The notes under the pieces: model-generated
The model's input: only the letters and a program-made list of their open reading frames with translations
What the model was told of the DNA's origin: nothing
Databases searched by the model: none
Shown: piece after piece, positions 8,838-18,600 of the stretch
Layout: each line of letters starts with the position of its first letter
Numbering within the stretch: the first letter of the stretch is position 1
Translations under genes and position numbers: made by a program
Source of the DNA: Myxococcota bacterium
GTDB lineage: Bacteria > Myxococcota_A > UBA9160 > UBA4427
Direction: 5' to 3'
Length of the DNA stretch: 64,000 nt
NCBI GenBank assembly: GCA_041440805.1
Contig: JASDVF010000016.1
Span: 7,138-71,137 of the forward strand

Positions 8838-10199
8838 ATGGCGGCCAAAACGACCAATAAATTGATGCGCGTCTTCAAGAGCGATGACGCGAAATTTGCC
8901 GAAGACTGGTACGGCGTTTGTAATCGTCGTGTCGACTCGGTGCTCGATGTAGAAGAAGACGTCGCCAAGATCATTGCCGCTGTTCGAAAGAACGGAGACG
9001 AGGCCGTCCTCGGTTTTGTCAAGAAATTCGACGGTGCGACCCTCAGTAAGCTCGAGATCACGCCCGAAGAGTGGGACGAAGGCTGCGAACAGGTCGACAG
9101 CGCGGATCGCGCTGCGATAGGCAAAGCTGCTATGCGCGTCCGCGAATTTCACCGCAAGCGAATTCCCTCGAGTTGGGAAATGCGTGAAGAAGGCGGCGGC
9201 TATATGGGCCAGCGCGTTCGCGCTCTTTCCCGCGTCGGCCTTTACGTTCCTGGCGGCACAGCCGTTTATCCCTCCTCGGTGATCATGAACGCGATTCCGG
9301 CCTCCGTTGTGGAAGTGCCCGAGATCCTGATGGCGACGCCGCCGGAGGACGATGGAACGATTCGTCCCGAAGTCCTGATGGCCGCACGGGTCGCTGGCGT
9401 ACACCGCGTATTCAAAATGGGAGGCGCCCACGCCATTGGCGCTCTCGCCTATGGCACCGAAACCGTGCCGCGAGTCGACAAGATTACGGGTCCAGGTTCC
9501 GTCTGGGTTGCGACTGCCAAGAAGCAAGTCTTCGGCCAGGTCGGAATCGACAGCGAAGCCGGCCCGACCGAGGTATGCATCGTGGCTGACCGAAGCGCCA
9601 CGCCCGCATGGCTCGCTGCCGACCTTATTAGCCAGGCCGAGCACGACGAACTCGCGCAAGCCATCTTGATCACTCACGTAAAGGGTCTCGTGCCCCGGGT
9701 GCAGGAACAGATCACCCGCCAGCTCAAGGATCTCGATCGCGAGAAGATTGCGACGAAGTCGATTAAGAATCGCGGCGCGATCATCGTGACGAAGAGTCTC
9801 GAGGAGTCGATCAAGCTTTCCGAGGAATACGCTTCCGAACATCTCGTGTTGGCGGTCGAAGACCCGGAGAAGATCTCGAAGGAGATCGGAAATGCCGGCG
9901 CCATCTTCATGGGCCACTACACGCCCGTTGCCGTCGGCGATTACATGGCTGGCCCGAACCACGTGCTCCCCACAGGGGGAACTTCGCGCTTCTTCTCGCC
10001 GCTCGGCGTCGATGACTTCCTGAAGCGAACCAGCTTCATGAAATTCGAGCCGCCGAAGCTTCGAGAACTCGGCGCGGACATCGTTCGCCTCGCCAATGTC
10101 GAAGGCCTCACAGGTCACGGCAACTCGGTCGAATTGCGGCTCGCCAAAATTCGCCGTGCGCGACGAGAGCGAGAAGCCGCACGAGATCTCGAGATTTAA
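8838..10199 (+). CDS. hisD: Histidinol dehydrogenase
   Basis: AGPTEVCIVAD, QAEHDELAQAIL and HVLPTGGTSRF motifs. AGGTAAGAG Shine-Dalgarno sequence. Sits in the his cluster. Confidence 0.93.
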   Translation: MAAKTTNKLMRVFKSDDAKFAEDWYGVCNRRVDSVLDVEEDVAKIIAAVRKNGDEAVLGFVKKFDGATLSKLEITPEEWDEGCEQVDSADRAAIGKAAMRVREFHRKRIPSSWEMREEGGGYMGQRVRALSRVGLYVPGGTAVYPSSVIMNAIPASVVEVPEILMATPPEDDGTIRPEVLMAARVAGVHRVFKMGGAHAIGALAYGTETVPRVDKITGPGSVWVATAKKQVFGQVGIDSEAGPTEVCIVADRSATPAWLAADLISQAEHDELAQAILITHVKGLVPRVQEQITRQLKDLDREKIATKSIKNRGAIIVTKSLEESIKLSEEYASEHLVLAVEDPEKISKEIGNAGAIFMGHYTPVAVGDYMAGPNHVLPTGGTSRFFSPLGVDDFLKRTSFMKFEPPKLRELGADIVRLANVEGLTGHGNSVELRLAKIRRARREREAARDLEI

Positions 10200-10400
10200 G
10201 CTCCCGTACCCGCGTGCTTGGAAGCTTTTGCGGGTAGACAGCCCCTAGGCGAGTTCCGTCTCGGATCGGATTCTGCCGACGCCGCGCGAAAGCGCGGAAA
10301 AGTCGGTAAGATCCGTGCGTTCCGGACCCGTCTCCCCCATGTCGACCGCCTTACGGGCGCGTCGAGCGCGGGCCGGGAACAACTCGCCCCCGTGACCTCC

Positions 10401-10469
10401 CATGCATGAATGGCTGAATGAATGTACGGACGAGTCGCCGTCTGATCGGCGTACATTCCAGCATGCATG
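10401..10469 (+). other. Bipartite inverted repeat / RNA hairpin in the hisD-hisB intercistronic region
   Basis: CATGCATG (10401-08) pairs with CATGCATG (10462-69), and GAATGTACG (10420-28) pairs with CGTACATTC (10450-58). The element ends about 7 nt before the hisB Shine-Dalgarno sequence. Confidence 0.35.
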
Positions 10470-10488
10470 TATGGATGGAGAGCCACCT

Positions 10489-11130
10489 ATGTCCCCGAGT
10501 GCGTCTTCGAAATCGAATGCGAACGAAAATAATGGTTCGGCCCCGAGCCGCGTCGCCACCGTTGCGCGCAAGACCAAAGAGACCGAGATCCGAATTCGAC
10601 TCGACCTCGATGGCTCTGGCCAATACAGCGTGTCGACTGGCATTCCCTTCTTCGACCACATGCTTGAATCCTTTGGGCGCCATGGCCTATTCGACCTCGA
10701 AGTCGAAGCCAAGGGCGACATCGAAGTTGACCTCCACCACACCGTCGAAGACGTGGGTATTTCGTTAGGCCAAGCCTTCCGTGAAGCGCTGGGAAGTGCG
10801 ACGGGCATCACTCGCTTTGGTGCCTGTGTGCTTCCTATGGCGGAGTCCAAGGTCGAGGTTGCAGTCGATGTATCCAATCGCCCTTACCTCGTTTACATGA
10901 TCGAACTCGACAACATGCGCATCGGATCCTTCGATGCGACGTTGACCGAAGACTTCATGTACGCGTTCTCGCAGAGTGCCGGTCTCGATCTGCACATCGA
11001 GAAGCGATACGGCAAGAGCCCGCATCACATCGTCGAAGCGGTCTTCAAGGGCGTCGCGCGTGCGCTGCGCCAGGCAGTCGCGATCGATCCTCGCGAGACT
11101 GGCTTGCCGACGGTCAAGGGGGCGCTCTAG
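10489..11130 (+). CDS. hisB: Imidazoleglycerol-phosphate dehydratase (monofunctional)
   Basis: RKTKETEIRIRLDLDG, FFDHMLESFGRHG and HHIVEAVFKGVARAL motifs. GGAGAG Shine-Dalgarno sequence 6 nt before the ATG at 10489. The upstream in-frame ATGs (10402, 10471) lack one. Confidence 0.88.
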   Translation: MSPSASSKSNANENNGSAPSRVATVARKTKETEIRIRLDLDGSGQYSVSTGIPFFDHMLESFGRHGLFDLEVEAKGDIEVDLHHTVEDVGISLGQAFREALGSATGITRFGACVLPMAESKVEVAVDVSNRPYLVYMIELDNMRIGSFDATLTEDFMYAFSQSAGLDLHIEKRYGKSPHHIVEAVFKGVARALRQAVAIDPRETGLPTVKGAL

Positions 11131-11136
11131 CCTTCT

Positions 11137-11787
11137 ATGGCCCGAGAGAAGTCCCCGAAGATCGCCCTCGTCGACTACGGCGCGGGCAACTTGCGCAGCG
11201 TTGCCAAGGCTCTTGAGCGATCAAACCTAACGCCTGTTGTGACGAGCGATCCGAGCGTGGTGCATTCCGCTGATGGCGTATTGCTCCCAGGCGTTGGTGC
11301 GTTCCGTGATGCGGCACAAGCTCTCGAAGCCGCGGGTTTGTCGAATGCAATTCGTGACGTGACGACGAATGGGCGTCCCTATCTCGGAATCTGCTTCGGC
11401 CTGCAGTTGTTATTCGACGAAGGGACCGAGCACGGCATCACGCCGGGCCTCGGTCAGCTTGCAGGACGAGTGACGCGCTTCCCCGACAAAGACGAGAACG
11501 GCGATCCTTTGCTGGTCCCGCATATTGGCTGGAACGAAGTCGTCTACGAAGGCGACCACCCCATGATTCAGGCGCTTCCCGAGCGCGACATCTACTACTT
11601 CGTGCACTCGTATCGTCCGGAGCCTACGGATGAGTCGATCATCGCGGGCCGCGCGAACTACGGAGGCTCTTTTGCCGCCGCGGTGGCAAAGGATAATGTG
11701 TTCGCGATTCAGTTCCATCCCGAAAAGAGCCAAGCTGCCGGAAAGCGCCTCCTTGACGCGTATCGCGTCTGGTTGCAGGAAAGCTAA
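11137..11787 (+). CDS. hisH: Imidazole glycerol phosphate synthase, glutamine amidotransferase subunit
   Basis: Class-I GATase pattern: LPGVGAF, ICFGLQLL (catalytic Cys), FVHSY, QFHPEKS. Confidence 0.92.
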   Translation: MAREKSPKIALVDYGAGNLRSVAKALERSNLTPVVTSDPSVVHSADGVLLPGVGAFRDAAQALEAAGLSNAIRDVTTNGRPYLGICFGLQLLFDEGTEHGITPGLGQLAGRVTRFPDKDENGDPLLVPHIGWNEVVYEGDHPMIQALPERDIYYFVHSYRPEPTDESIIAGRANYGGSFAAAVAKDNVFAIQFHPEKSQAAGKRLLDAYRVWLQES

Positions 11788-11793
11788 TCGCCT

Positions 11794-12576
11794 ATGTCTA
11801 GCCCGTCGACTCAATCGAAACCCTTCGAGCTGATCCCCGCAATCGATTTGTTAGGCGGAAAGGCCGTGCGCCTTTCCCAGGGCGACTACGATCAAGCGAC
11901 GGTTTACGACTCCGACCCCGCGAATGTGGCCAAGGGATTCTTCGCCAAGGGCATTAAGCGTCTGCACGTCGTCGATCTAGACGGCGCGAAAGCCGGTCGG
12001 CCGATGGCCGGGGAAGCGGTTAAGCGCATCCTTGCCGAAGTCGGAGACACGCCGGTTCAGTTAGGCGGCGGACTTCGCGATATGGCGGGCGTCGAAGAAG
12101 CTCTTTCCTGGGGGCTCGACCGCGTCATTTTGGGAACGATCGCCCTGCGCGACCCGGAGCTCGTCAAGAAGGCCGCTGCGGAATACCCCGGTCGAATCGT
12201 TGTCGGAATTGATGCACGAGACGGACGCGTCGCGGTCGAAGGCTGGCTTGAAGCGAGCGAAACGACGGCGGTCGATCTCGGTCGAAAATTTGAAGACGCG
12301 GGCGTCGCCGCGATTGTCTACACGGATATCGCCCGCGACGGCATGCTGACGGGACCGAATATCCCGCAGACCGTGGCTCTAGCCTCCGCGCTCGATATCC
12401 CGGTGATCGTGTCCGGTGGTGTCGCGACCGTGCAGGATATTCTCGACTCGGCGGCCGAACGCGCCAAGGGAATCTGCGGGGTCATAGCCGGCCGCGCGAT
12501 CTACACCGGCGCGGTCGATCTCGAGGAGGCCCTTCGCGCTGTTGATGCGTTAGGCGATGGCGAGGGCTCTGCATGA
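11794..12576 (+). CDS. hisA: 1-(5-phosphoribosyl)-5-[(5-phosphoribosylamino)methylideneamino]imidazole-4-carboxamide isomerase
   Basis: [22 protein letters not shown] and [13 protein letters not shown] motifs. Position between hisH and hisF. Confidence 0.92.
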   Translation: MSSPSTQSKPFELIPAIDLLGGKAVRLSQGDYDQATVYDSDPANVAKGFFAKGIKRLHVVDLDGAKAGRPMAGEAVKRILAEVGDTPVQLGGGLRDMAGVEEALSWGLDRVILGTIALRDPELVKKAAAEYPGRIVVGIDARDGRVAVEGWLEASETTAVDLGRKFEDAGVAAIVYTDIARDGMLTGPNIPQTVALASALDIPVIVSGGVATVQDILDSAAERAKGICGVIAGRAIYTGAVDLEEALRAVDALGDGEGSA

Positions 12577-13373
12577 CCCTGCTTAAGCGAATCATTCCTT
12601 GCCTTGATGTGAATAAGGGGCGCGTCGTGAAGGGCGTGAAATACGTCGATCATGTCGACGCTGGAGATCCTGTCGAAGTCGCCAAGCGATACGATGCGCA
12701 GGAAGCGGACGAGATCACCTTTCTCGACATCACGGCGAGCCATGAGGGGCGGGGCATCCTGCTCGACATCGTGGGACGAACGGCAGAGAGCGTGTTCATG
12801 CCACTCTGTGTGGGCGGTGGCGTAAGCTCGCTGCAAGATATCCGCGACCTGCTGAACGCGGGTGCAGACAAAGTCTCGATCATGACGGCGGCGATCAAGA
12901 ATCCCGACCTCATCGATGAGGCGGCGGCGAAGATCGGAAGTGCCAACCTCGTGGTAGCGATCGATGCCAAACAAGTTTCGGAGCCGGGCGAGTCGCCCAG
13001 GTGGGCTGTCTTTACCCACGGCGGGCGTCACGAGACCGGGATTGATGCGGTCGACTGGGCGGCACAGGTGGCCGAACGCGGCGCCGGAGAGATTTTGCTC
13101 ACCAGCATGGACCGGGACGGGACGAAGAGCGGCTACGACCTCTCGATGCTTCGAGCCGTGGCCGATCGGATTTCGATTCCGGTGATTGCGTCAGGCGGCG
13201 GCGGCAGCGCGGCGGATTTGGCGACTGCGTTACAAGATGGCCCCGAGGGGGGGCATTGCCAGGCAGCATTGGCGGCTTCGATTTTCCATTTCAAGGAAAC
13301 GACGGTCGGCGAAGTGAAGCTGGAGCTCTTGGCGGCGGGGATTCCAGTACGACCCCCGACAAATGGAGCGTAA
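12573..13373 (+). CDS. hisF: Imidazole glycerol phosphate synthase, cyclase subunit
   Basis: [33 protein letters not shown] and IASGGGG motifs. ATGA overlap with hisA. Confidence 0.93.
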   Translation: MTLLKRIIPCLDVNKGRVVKGVKYVDHVDAGDPVEVAKRYDAQEADEITFLDITASHEGRGILLDIVGRTAESVFMPLCVGGGVSSLQDIRDLLNAGADKVSIMTAAIKNPDLIDEAAAKIGSANLVVAIDAKQVSEPGESPRWAVFTHGGRHETGIDAVDWAAQVAERGAGEILLTSMDRDGTKSGYDLSMLRAVADRISIPVIASGGGGSAADLATALQDGPEGGHCQAALAASIFHFKETTVGEVKLELLAAGIPVRPPTNGA

Positions 13374-13790
13374 AGATAGAAAGAGTACGGGAATCCCGCG
13401 GGGCCCGATTGAGAGCGCAAAATCGCTCTGCTAGGTTCTGCGCCCTTCGCGCCGAAGCTCATAAGCTGAGGGCGGGAGCTTGGGGAGAATGTCCCGCAGA
13501 TCGAGCACGCCATCCCAGCGCGAAACCAAGAACATGAACACGATCGAAACGAAATTCCCGGTGATCCGAAGGGGTCTACGGAGCAGGATTTTATAAACAG
13601 AAAGAGCAGCCGTGCTGCGGTTAAGGAGCAATCGATCAGCGAGCGTGTGGCGCGACGGGAAATCGTCTGCCACGAAGAGGACCTCCGGGTTACTCACTGA
13701 AGTCTAGACACGCTGCATTTCATGCGGCGGGTACGAGTTCAACCGCGAGCATGTCGAGTGTTCCCCGCAACGGCGAGGAGATAAGAGAAC

Positions 13791-13988
13791 ATGCCGGTCA
13801 TCAAGATCAAAGAGAGTGAATCGTTTGAAGGCGCGATGAAGCGCTTTAAGAAGACCTGCGAAAAGGCAGGCATTCTGACTGAGCTGCGACGTCGCGAATA
13901 TTACGACAAGCCCAGCATCAGCAAGAAGAAGAAGGAAGCGGCCGCAAAGAAGCGAGCGCTCAAGAAGGCGCGACGGTCGTCGAACTAA
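13791..13988 (+). CDS. rpsU: 30S ribosomal protein S21
   Basis: [29 protein letters not shown]...YYDKPS is a typical S21 sequence. GGAGA Shine-Dalgarno sequence. Lies upstream of dnaG-rpoD. Confidence 0.93.
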   Translation: MPVIKIKESESFEGAMKRFKKTCEKAGILTELRRREYYDKPSISKKKKEAAAKKRALKKARRSSN

Positions 13989-14018
13989 CATCGACATACG
14001 CGTAGCGAGAGGGCGGAT

Positions 14019-15857
14019 TTGAGCCGGATTCCTGAATCCACGATCCACGAAATCCGAAACCGAGGCGATATCATTGCCATGGTCTCTCGCCACGTCGAAC
14101 TGAAGCAGGCCGGTCGAAACTGGAAGGGGCTTTGTCCCTTCCACAACGAGAAGACCCCCTCCTTCAACGTCAATTCGGAACGACAGATCTTTCATTGCTT
14201 CGGGTGTCAGGAAGGTGGCGATATCATCGCCTTCCTGATGAAGCACGATGGGCTGACCTTTCCGGAAGCGGCTCGCAATCTTGCGGGCGAACTCGGGATT
14301 GATATCCCGGAAGAGCGCGACGGCCAGGATGCTGGCTTGACGACGCGCATCTACGAAGCGAATCAACTCACCCAAGATCTTTATCGCGAAGCGCTGCGCA
14401 CGCCCGAGGGCAAGATCGCGCGCGCCTATCTAGTCTCGCGAGGTTTCGACGGCGCGATTGCCGACGAGTATGGAATCGGTTTCGCACCCGCGCGATGGGA
14501 CGCCGTCGCGGTTCGCCTTCGCGAGAATCGGATCAAGGGTGATGTCGGTGTTCAAGCCGGGCTCACCTCGGAACGAAAATCCGGACAAGGATATTACGAT
14601 CGCCTTCGGGGGCGGCTCACGTTTCCGATCGAAGATGTTCGTGGGCGTGTGATTGGATTCGGCGGTCGTGCCCTCGAGGCCGACCAAGAACCCAAATATA
14701 TGAACACGCCCGAGAGCCCGGTCTTCCATAAGCGCCAGGCACTCTACGGATACCCAGCGGCCCTCGAACACATCCGTCGCGCCGGTCGCGTGATTCTCTG
14801 CGAGGGCTATTTCGATCGGATCGCTTTCGCCCGCGCGGGAATGGGTGAAGCACTCGCCACCTGCGGGACAGCACTCACGCCGGATCACGGCGCGCAGCTA
14901 CGCCGCCGCGCACGTGAAGTGGTCCTCATCTTTGATGGAGACAAGGCTGGGCAAGCTGCGACCGAGAAGGCTCTTGCCGTTCTGCTTCCCCACGGGTTGC
15001 GAATTAGAGCAGCCCTAATTCCCGACGGGGCAGATCCCGACGACTACCTGAACAAAGAAGGCGCCGAGGCGCTCAAGCAACTTGTCGACAAAGCGCCCGA
15101 TGCTTTGGAACTCACAATTCGCAACGCGATGCGTCACGGAGTTGCGAGTCCAGATCAAAAGGCCGATGTGGTTGCCCACATAGCACCCCTAATTGCACGT
15201 GTATCCGACGTTGTATCGCGCGAGGAATATATGCGCCGCCTATCAATGGCAGTAGACGCATCTCCTGCCGCGGTCGGAACAATCGTTCGTGACGCAGTGC
15301 GTGGTTCAAAAGAAACGCCGCAAGTAGATGGTTCGTCACTTGGCTTGCAGCGTAGTCGACGCGATCAACCCGAAGATAGGCAACTTCGCGGCCTTGCTAG
15401 GTTATGTCTTCAGCGTCCAGATCTTTTAAGTGATGAAACCGCGCTCTCGCTTAACGAGATCATTCCAGCAGGCGCATGGAAATCCATCATTTTGCAAATC
15501 ATCGAAGCAGCGGGCGAAGGCTTGTTGCTGCCGGGTGAGGGGCACGGTGTAGATCCGTTTGCGATCGAAACACGCTTAGACGAGGAAGCACGGCTACGCC
15601 TGCGGGAAATCGCAGTTGATGACACGCCCTTCGATTCCGAACGAAGCGCCGAACAAGTTCTTGATGATCTAGTGTCATGGTTTAAGCGCCGCGGACTTGA
15701 CGTACGTCAGCGAGAATTAAATCGAAGAATGCGCGACCCTAATGCGGATCAAGATGCACTCCTAGCTGAGAAACAAGCACAACTTCAGGAACGCAGAGCG
15801 CGATTGGGTGTTGGCAACGTTTCAAAGAACGACGGCCGCGATAACGGCAGTCAATAG
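14019..15857 (+). CDS. dnaG: DNA primase
   Basis: Zinc-finger CPFHNEKTPSFNV...FHCFGCQEGGD and Toprim EGYFD...DGDKAGQ motifs. TTG start. Confidence 0.92.
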   Translation: MSRIPESTIHEIRNRGDIIAMVSRHVELKQAGRNWKGLCPFHNEKTPSFNVNSERQIFHCFGCQEGGDIIAFLMKHDGLTFPEAARNLAGELGIDIPEERDGQDAGLTTRIYEANQLTQDLYREALRTPEGKIARAYLVSRGFDGAIADEYGIGFAPARWDAVAVRLRENRIKGDVGVQAGLTSERKSGQGYYDRLRGRLTFPIEDVRGRVIGFGGRALEADQEPKYMNTPESPVFHKRQALYGYPAALEHIRRAGRVILCEGYFDRIAFARAGMGEALATCGTALTPDHGAQLRRRAREVVLIFDGDKAGQAATEKALAVLLPHGLRIRAALIPDGADPDDYLNKEGAEALKQLVDKAPDALELTIRNAMRHGVASPDQKADVVAHIAPLIARVSDVVSREEYMRRLSMAVDASPAAVGTIVRDAVRGSKETPQVDGSSLGLQRSRRDQPEDRQLRGLARLCLQRPDLLSDETALSLNEIIPAGAWKSIILQIIEAAGEGLLLPGEGHGVDPFAIETRLDEEARLRLREIAVDDTPFDSERSAEQVLDDLVSWFKRRGLDVRQRELNRRMRDPNADQDALLAEKQAQLQERRARLGVGNVSKNDGRDNGSQ

Positions 15858-15952
15858 GTAAACCGCTTAAAACCCCATAGGACGAGTCGTAGGAGGCGGC
15901 GGAAGTTCAAAAGAGGGGTAGAATTCTTAATTGGCTCAGGAGAACCCCCCCC

Positions 15953-18127
15953 ATGGTCTCAAATGCACCCGGGACGAAGACGGCAGTTGACCGTACTTCG
16001 CCGGGAAGACCCAACAGCGACGTTCCGATCGCTTCGACGGATGCGACTGAGAATTCGACCACGCCTAAGCGGCGGACTCGAAAGGCACGAGGTCTGCCTA
16101 TGGAGCTCAACACGCTAAGCGTTTCAGCGAATCGCACGCCTAGCACGCCTAGCATGTCTGAAGCGGTGGCCAGCGAAATTGAGGATGGAACGTCGGCGGC
16201 CAGCGCGTCGACGAAGCGCACTGGGAAAGCGAGTCCGAAGGCTGATTCCTCCGAACGCTCTCCCGAGAGCCCCGCGAAGCCCACTGCAAAGAAGGCGCGT
16301 CCGAACAAGTCAGTGACAGCTGGCGGAAAATCGGGAGAGACTGCGGGCGTCGCTGGTGCCGAATCGAATACGCCGCTTTCACGTGAAGCGCTCCTTGAGG
16401 TCGATGCGATCCGTCGACTCATTGATGTCGGCGAGGAAAAGGGCGAAGTCGATCGCGCCGATCTTCAAGCGGCCTTCGATGAAGCCGAGTTGGGTCGAAG
16501 AGATCTAGATGGGATTCTCTCGATCCTTCGCGAGCATGACGTTTCCCTCGCGCGCACGGTTGCGGGCGATGAGCGCGCCGCCGGGGAAGAGGAGAAGCCG
16601 ACCCGGGTCGCATCGAAGCGCAACGTGGCCGTCGGTGAAGAAACCGGTCCTGCGGATCCCGTTCGCGTCTACTTGCGAGAGATGGGGCAGGTTTCTCTGC
16701 TCACGCGTGAGGGCGAGGTCCAAATCGCACAGCGAATCGAACAGGCCGTAGACGCCCATCTGGCGGCGTTGGTTTCTAATAATTACTGCCTCCGCCGCAT
16801 GGTCGATATGGGCGAAAACGTTCGTGTTGGGAATCTCGATCTCAAGAAGGCCGTAGATGGCCTCGAGGAAGAGGCCGCCCCGCCCATCGATGAGACGTTG
16901 AAGAAGTTCCTCGAAGGGATGGTCAATCTCGATAAGATCGAGCGCAGCACCATGGAGCGCCGTCGCGAACTCGAGCAGAACGCGATGACGAAGGATGATC
17001 GTCTCGCGTGCGAAGCGGAGATCAGGGGGCTTTTCGCGAAAGCCGCGAAAATTCTTCGAACCAATCGAGTTACCAAAGAACGCTACAACGAACTCGATCG
17101 CTGTCTGCGCGAAATGCTCGAGAGTCATCAGATGCTCGATGCGCGCCGTGCTCAGATTGCGAGTGAATTTGCTCTCGGCCCCGAGGAGCTAACGATTCTT
17201 GCGGAGCAGAGCACCAAGCGAAGTGCCGGGGGCAAGCAGGCCCTGGAGCGTTTGGGGGCCAACGCCGAATCGATCGCTGAAGCGCTTGCCCAGCTCGGGA
17301 ATGTTGATCGTTTTCGAACCCAGCTCCAGACCGAATCATGCATCCGCTTGGACGAACTCGAGCGCATACTCGATGTCGTAGACGCGACGGCGATCTGTGC
17401 ACAAGAAGCCAAGAGTGAGTTGACCGAAGCGAATCTTCGCCTCGTGGTCTCGATTGCCAAAAAGTACAACAACCGCGGACTTCAATTCCTGGATTTGATC
17501 CAGGAGGGCAACATCGGGCTGATGAAGGCCGTCGATAAATTCGAGTGGCGTCGGGGTTACAAATTCTCGACGTACGCGACATGGTGGATTCGACAGTCGA
17601 TTACGCGAGCGATCGCGGATCAAGCGCGCACGATTCGAATTCCCGTCCATATGATCGAGACGATTCATCAGCTCGTTCGTGCGACCCGGCAACTTGTTCA
17701 GGTACTCGGCCGCGAGCCTCACGCCGAAGAGCTTTCCGAGGCGATGGAGATCCCGCTCGAAAAAGTGCGGCTGGTTCTTCGGGTCGCGAATGATCCGATC
17801 AGTCTCGAGACGCCGGTCGGTGATGAAGACGACTCCCGTCTTTCTGATTTCATCGAAGATCCGAACGCCCTCAATCCTGCGGATGCAGTCATTCAGTCGG
17901 GCCTTGCGGAACTCACGCGTGATTTGCTCTCGACTCTCGCACCTCGCGAAGCGCGGGTCCTCCGAATGCGATTCGGAATCGGTGAGCGCGCGAATTGCAC
18001 CCTCGAAGAAGTCGGCGAAGACTTTGATGTCACGCGTGAACGCATTCGTCAAATCGAAGCGAAGGCGCTTCGCAAGCTGCGCCACCCGAGCCGCAGCCGT
18101 TCGCTCAAGGACTACCTTGAAGGCTGA
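15953..18127 (+). CDS. rpoD: Primary RNA polymerase sigma factor (sigma-70) with a roughly 145-aa Ser/Thr/Pro/Ala/Lys-rich N-terminal extension
   Basis: Region 2 ([40 protein letters not shown]), region 4 ([30 protein letters not shown]), and the rpoD-box. Confidence 0.95.
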   Translation: MVSNAPGTKTAVDRTSPGRPNSDVPIASTDATENSTTPKRRTRKARGLPMELNTLSVSANRTPSTPSMSEAVASEIEDGTSAASASTKRTGKASPKADSSERSPESPAKPTAKKARPNKSVTAGGKSGETAGVAGAESNTPLSREALLEVDAIRRLIDVGEEKGEVDRADLQAAFDEAELGRRDLDGILSILREHDVSLARTVAGDERAAGEEEKPTRVASKRNVAVGEETGPADPVRVYLREMGQVSLLTREGEVQIAQRIEQAVDAHLAALVSNNYCLRRMVDMGENVRVGNLDLKKAVDGLEEEAAPPIDETLKKFLEGMVNLDKIERSTMERRRELEQNAMTKDDRLACEAEIRGLFAKAAKILRTNRVTKERYNELDRCLREMLESHQMLDARRAQIASEFALGPEELTILAEQSTKRSAGGKQALERLGANAESIAEALAQLGNVDRFRTQLQTESCIRLDELERILDVVDATAICAQEAKSELTEANLRLVVSIAKKYNNRGLQFLDLIQEGNIGLMKAVDKFEWRRGYKFSTYATWWIRQSITRAIADQARTIRIPVHMIETIHQLVRATRQLVQVLGREPHAEELSEAMEIPLEKVRLVLRVANDPISLETPVGDEDDSRLSDFIEDPNALNPADAVIQSGLAELTRDLLSTLAPREARVLRMRFGIGERANCTLEEVGEDFDVTRERIRQIEAKALRKLRHPSRSRSLKDYLEG

Positions 18128-18248
18128 GCCTACGCGCCTGCGCAACTGATATACATTGAGAGACTAACTTCGCCCAGCCTGCGCATGATTTGCGTGTGTT
18201 GGGCGTCGTCCGTTTAAGCGCGGTCCGCGCCGCTCCGATAGGCCGTTC

Positions 18249-18557
18249 GTGAAGCTGGTTGCCTGTTCGGACTGCCACGCCCAATACGACGTGAGTTCGA
18301 TAGTCGAAGGCGCCGCCTTTGACTGTCGCTGTAGCACGATGCTTGAGGCCCGTGCGCCGAAGGCCGTTGAGGCGGCGGTCTCCCGTTGCAGCGCCTGTGG
18401 TGCGGTGGCGCGAGGGCAAGACGATGACTGCAGCTATTGTGGCTCCGAGATCGTTCGCGATGTGCAGCGCGGTGGATTGATCTGCCCCGAGTGCATAGCC
18501 CGCAATCCCGATCGCAAAATCACGGTAGGTCAAAGAGTCCAATGTTCGATGGTCTAG
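18249..18557 (+). CDS. Cys-rich zinc-ribbon protein (MJ0042-like finger at the N-terminus)
   Basis: Four paired-Cys motifs: C-SD-C, C-R-C, CSAC...CSYC, CPEC. GTG start with a weak Shine-Dalgarno sequence. Confidence 0.4.
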   Translation: MKLVACSDCHAQYDVSSIVEGAAFDCRCSTMLEARAPKAVEAAVSRCSACGAVARGQDDDCSYCGSEIVRDVQRGGLICPECIARNPDRKITVGQRVQCSMV

Positions 18558-18600
18558 TTAGGGAACATGGCGAACAGGTTGTTCGATCCGCCGAACAGAC

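Noticed and set aside
8751-10118. Very long antisense ORFs opposite well-supported genes: 8751-10118 versus hisD, 30200-31150 versus leuA/cimA, 40564-41430 versus acs, 61924-62619 versus sufB, 16505-17128 and 17336-18145 versus rpoD, 23025-23816 versus glcD, 50287-50970 and 51016-51708 versus proS, and 13704-14375 versus rpsU/dnaG.
   Set aside because: These are typical stop-codon-poor shadow frames of high-GC DNA. Their products are Arg/Ala/Gly/His-rich with no recognisable motifs, whereas the opposite strand encodes highly conserved proteins.
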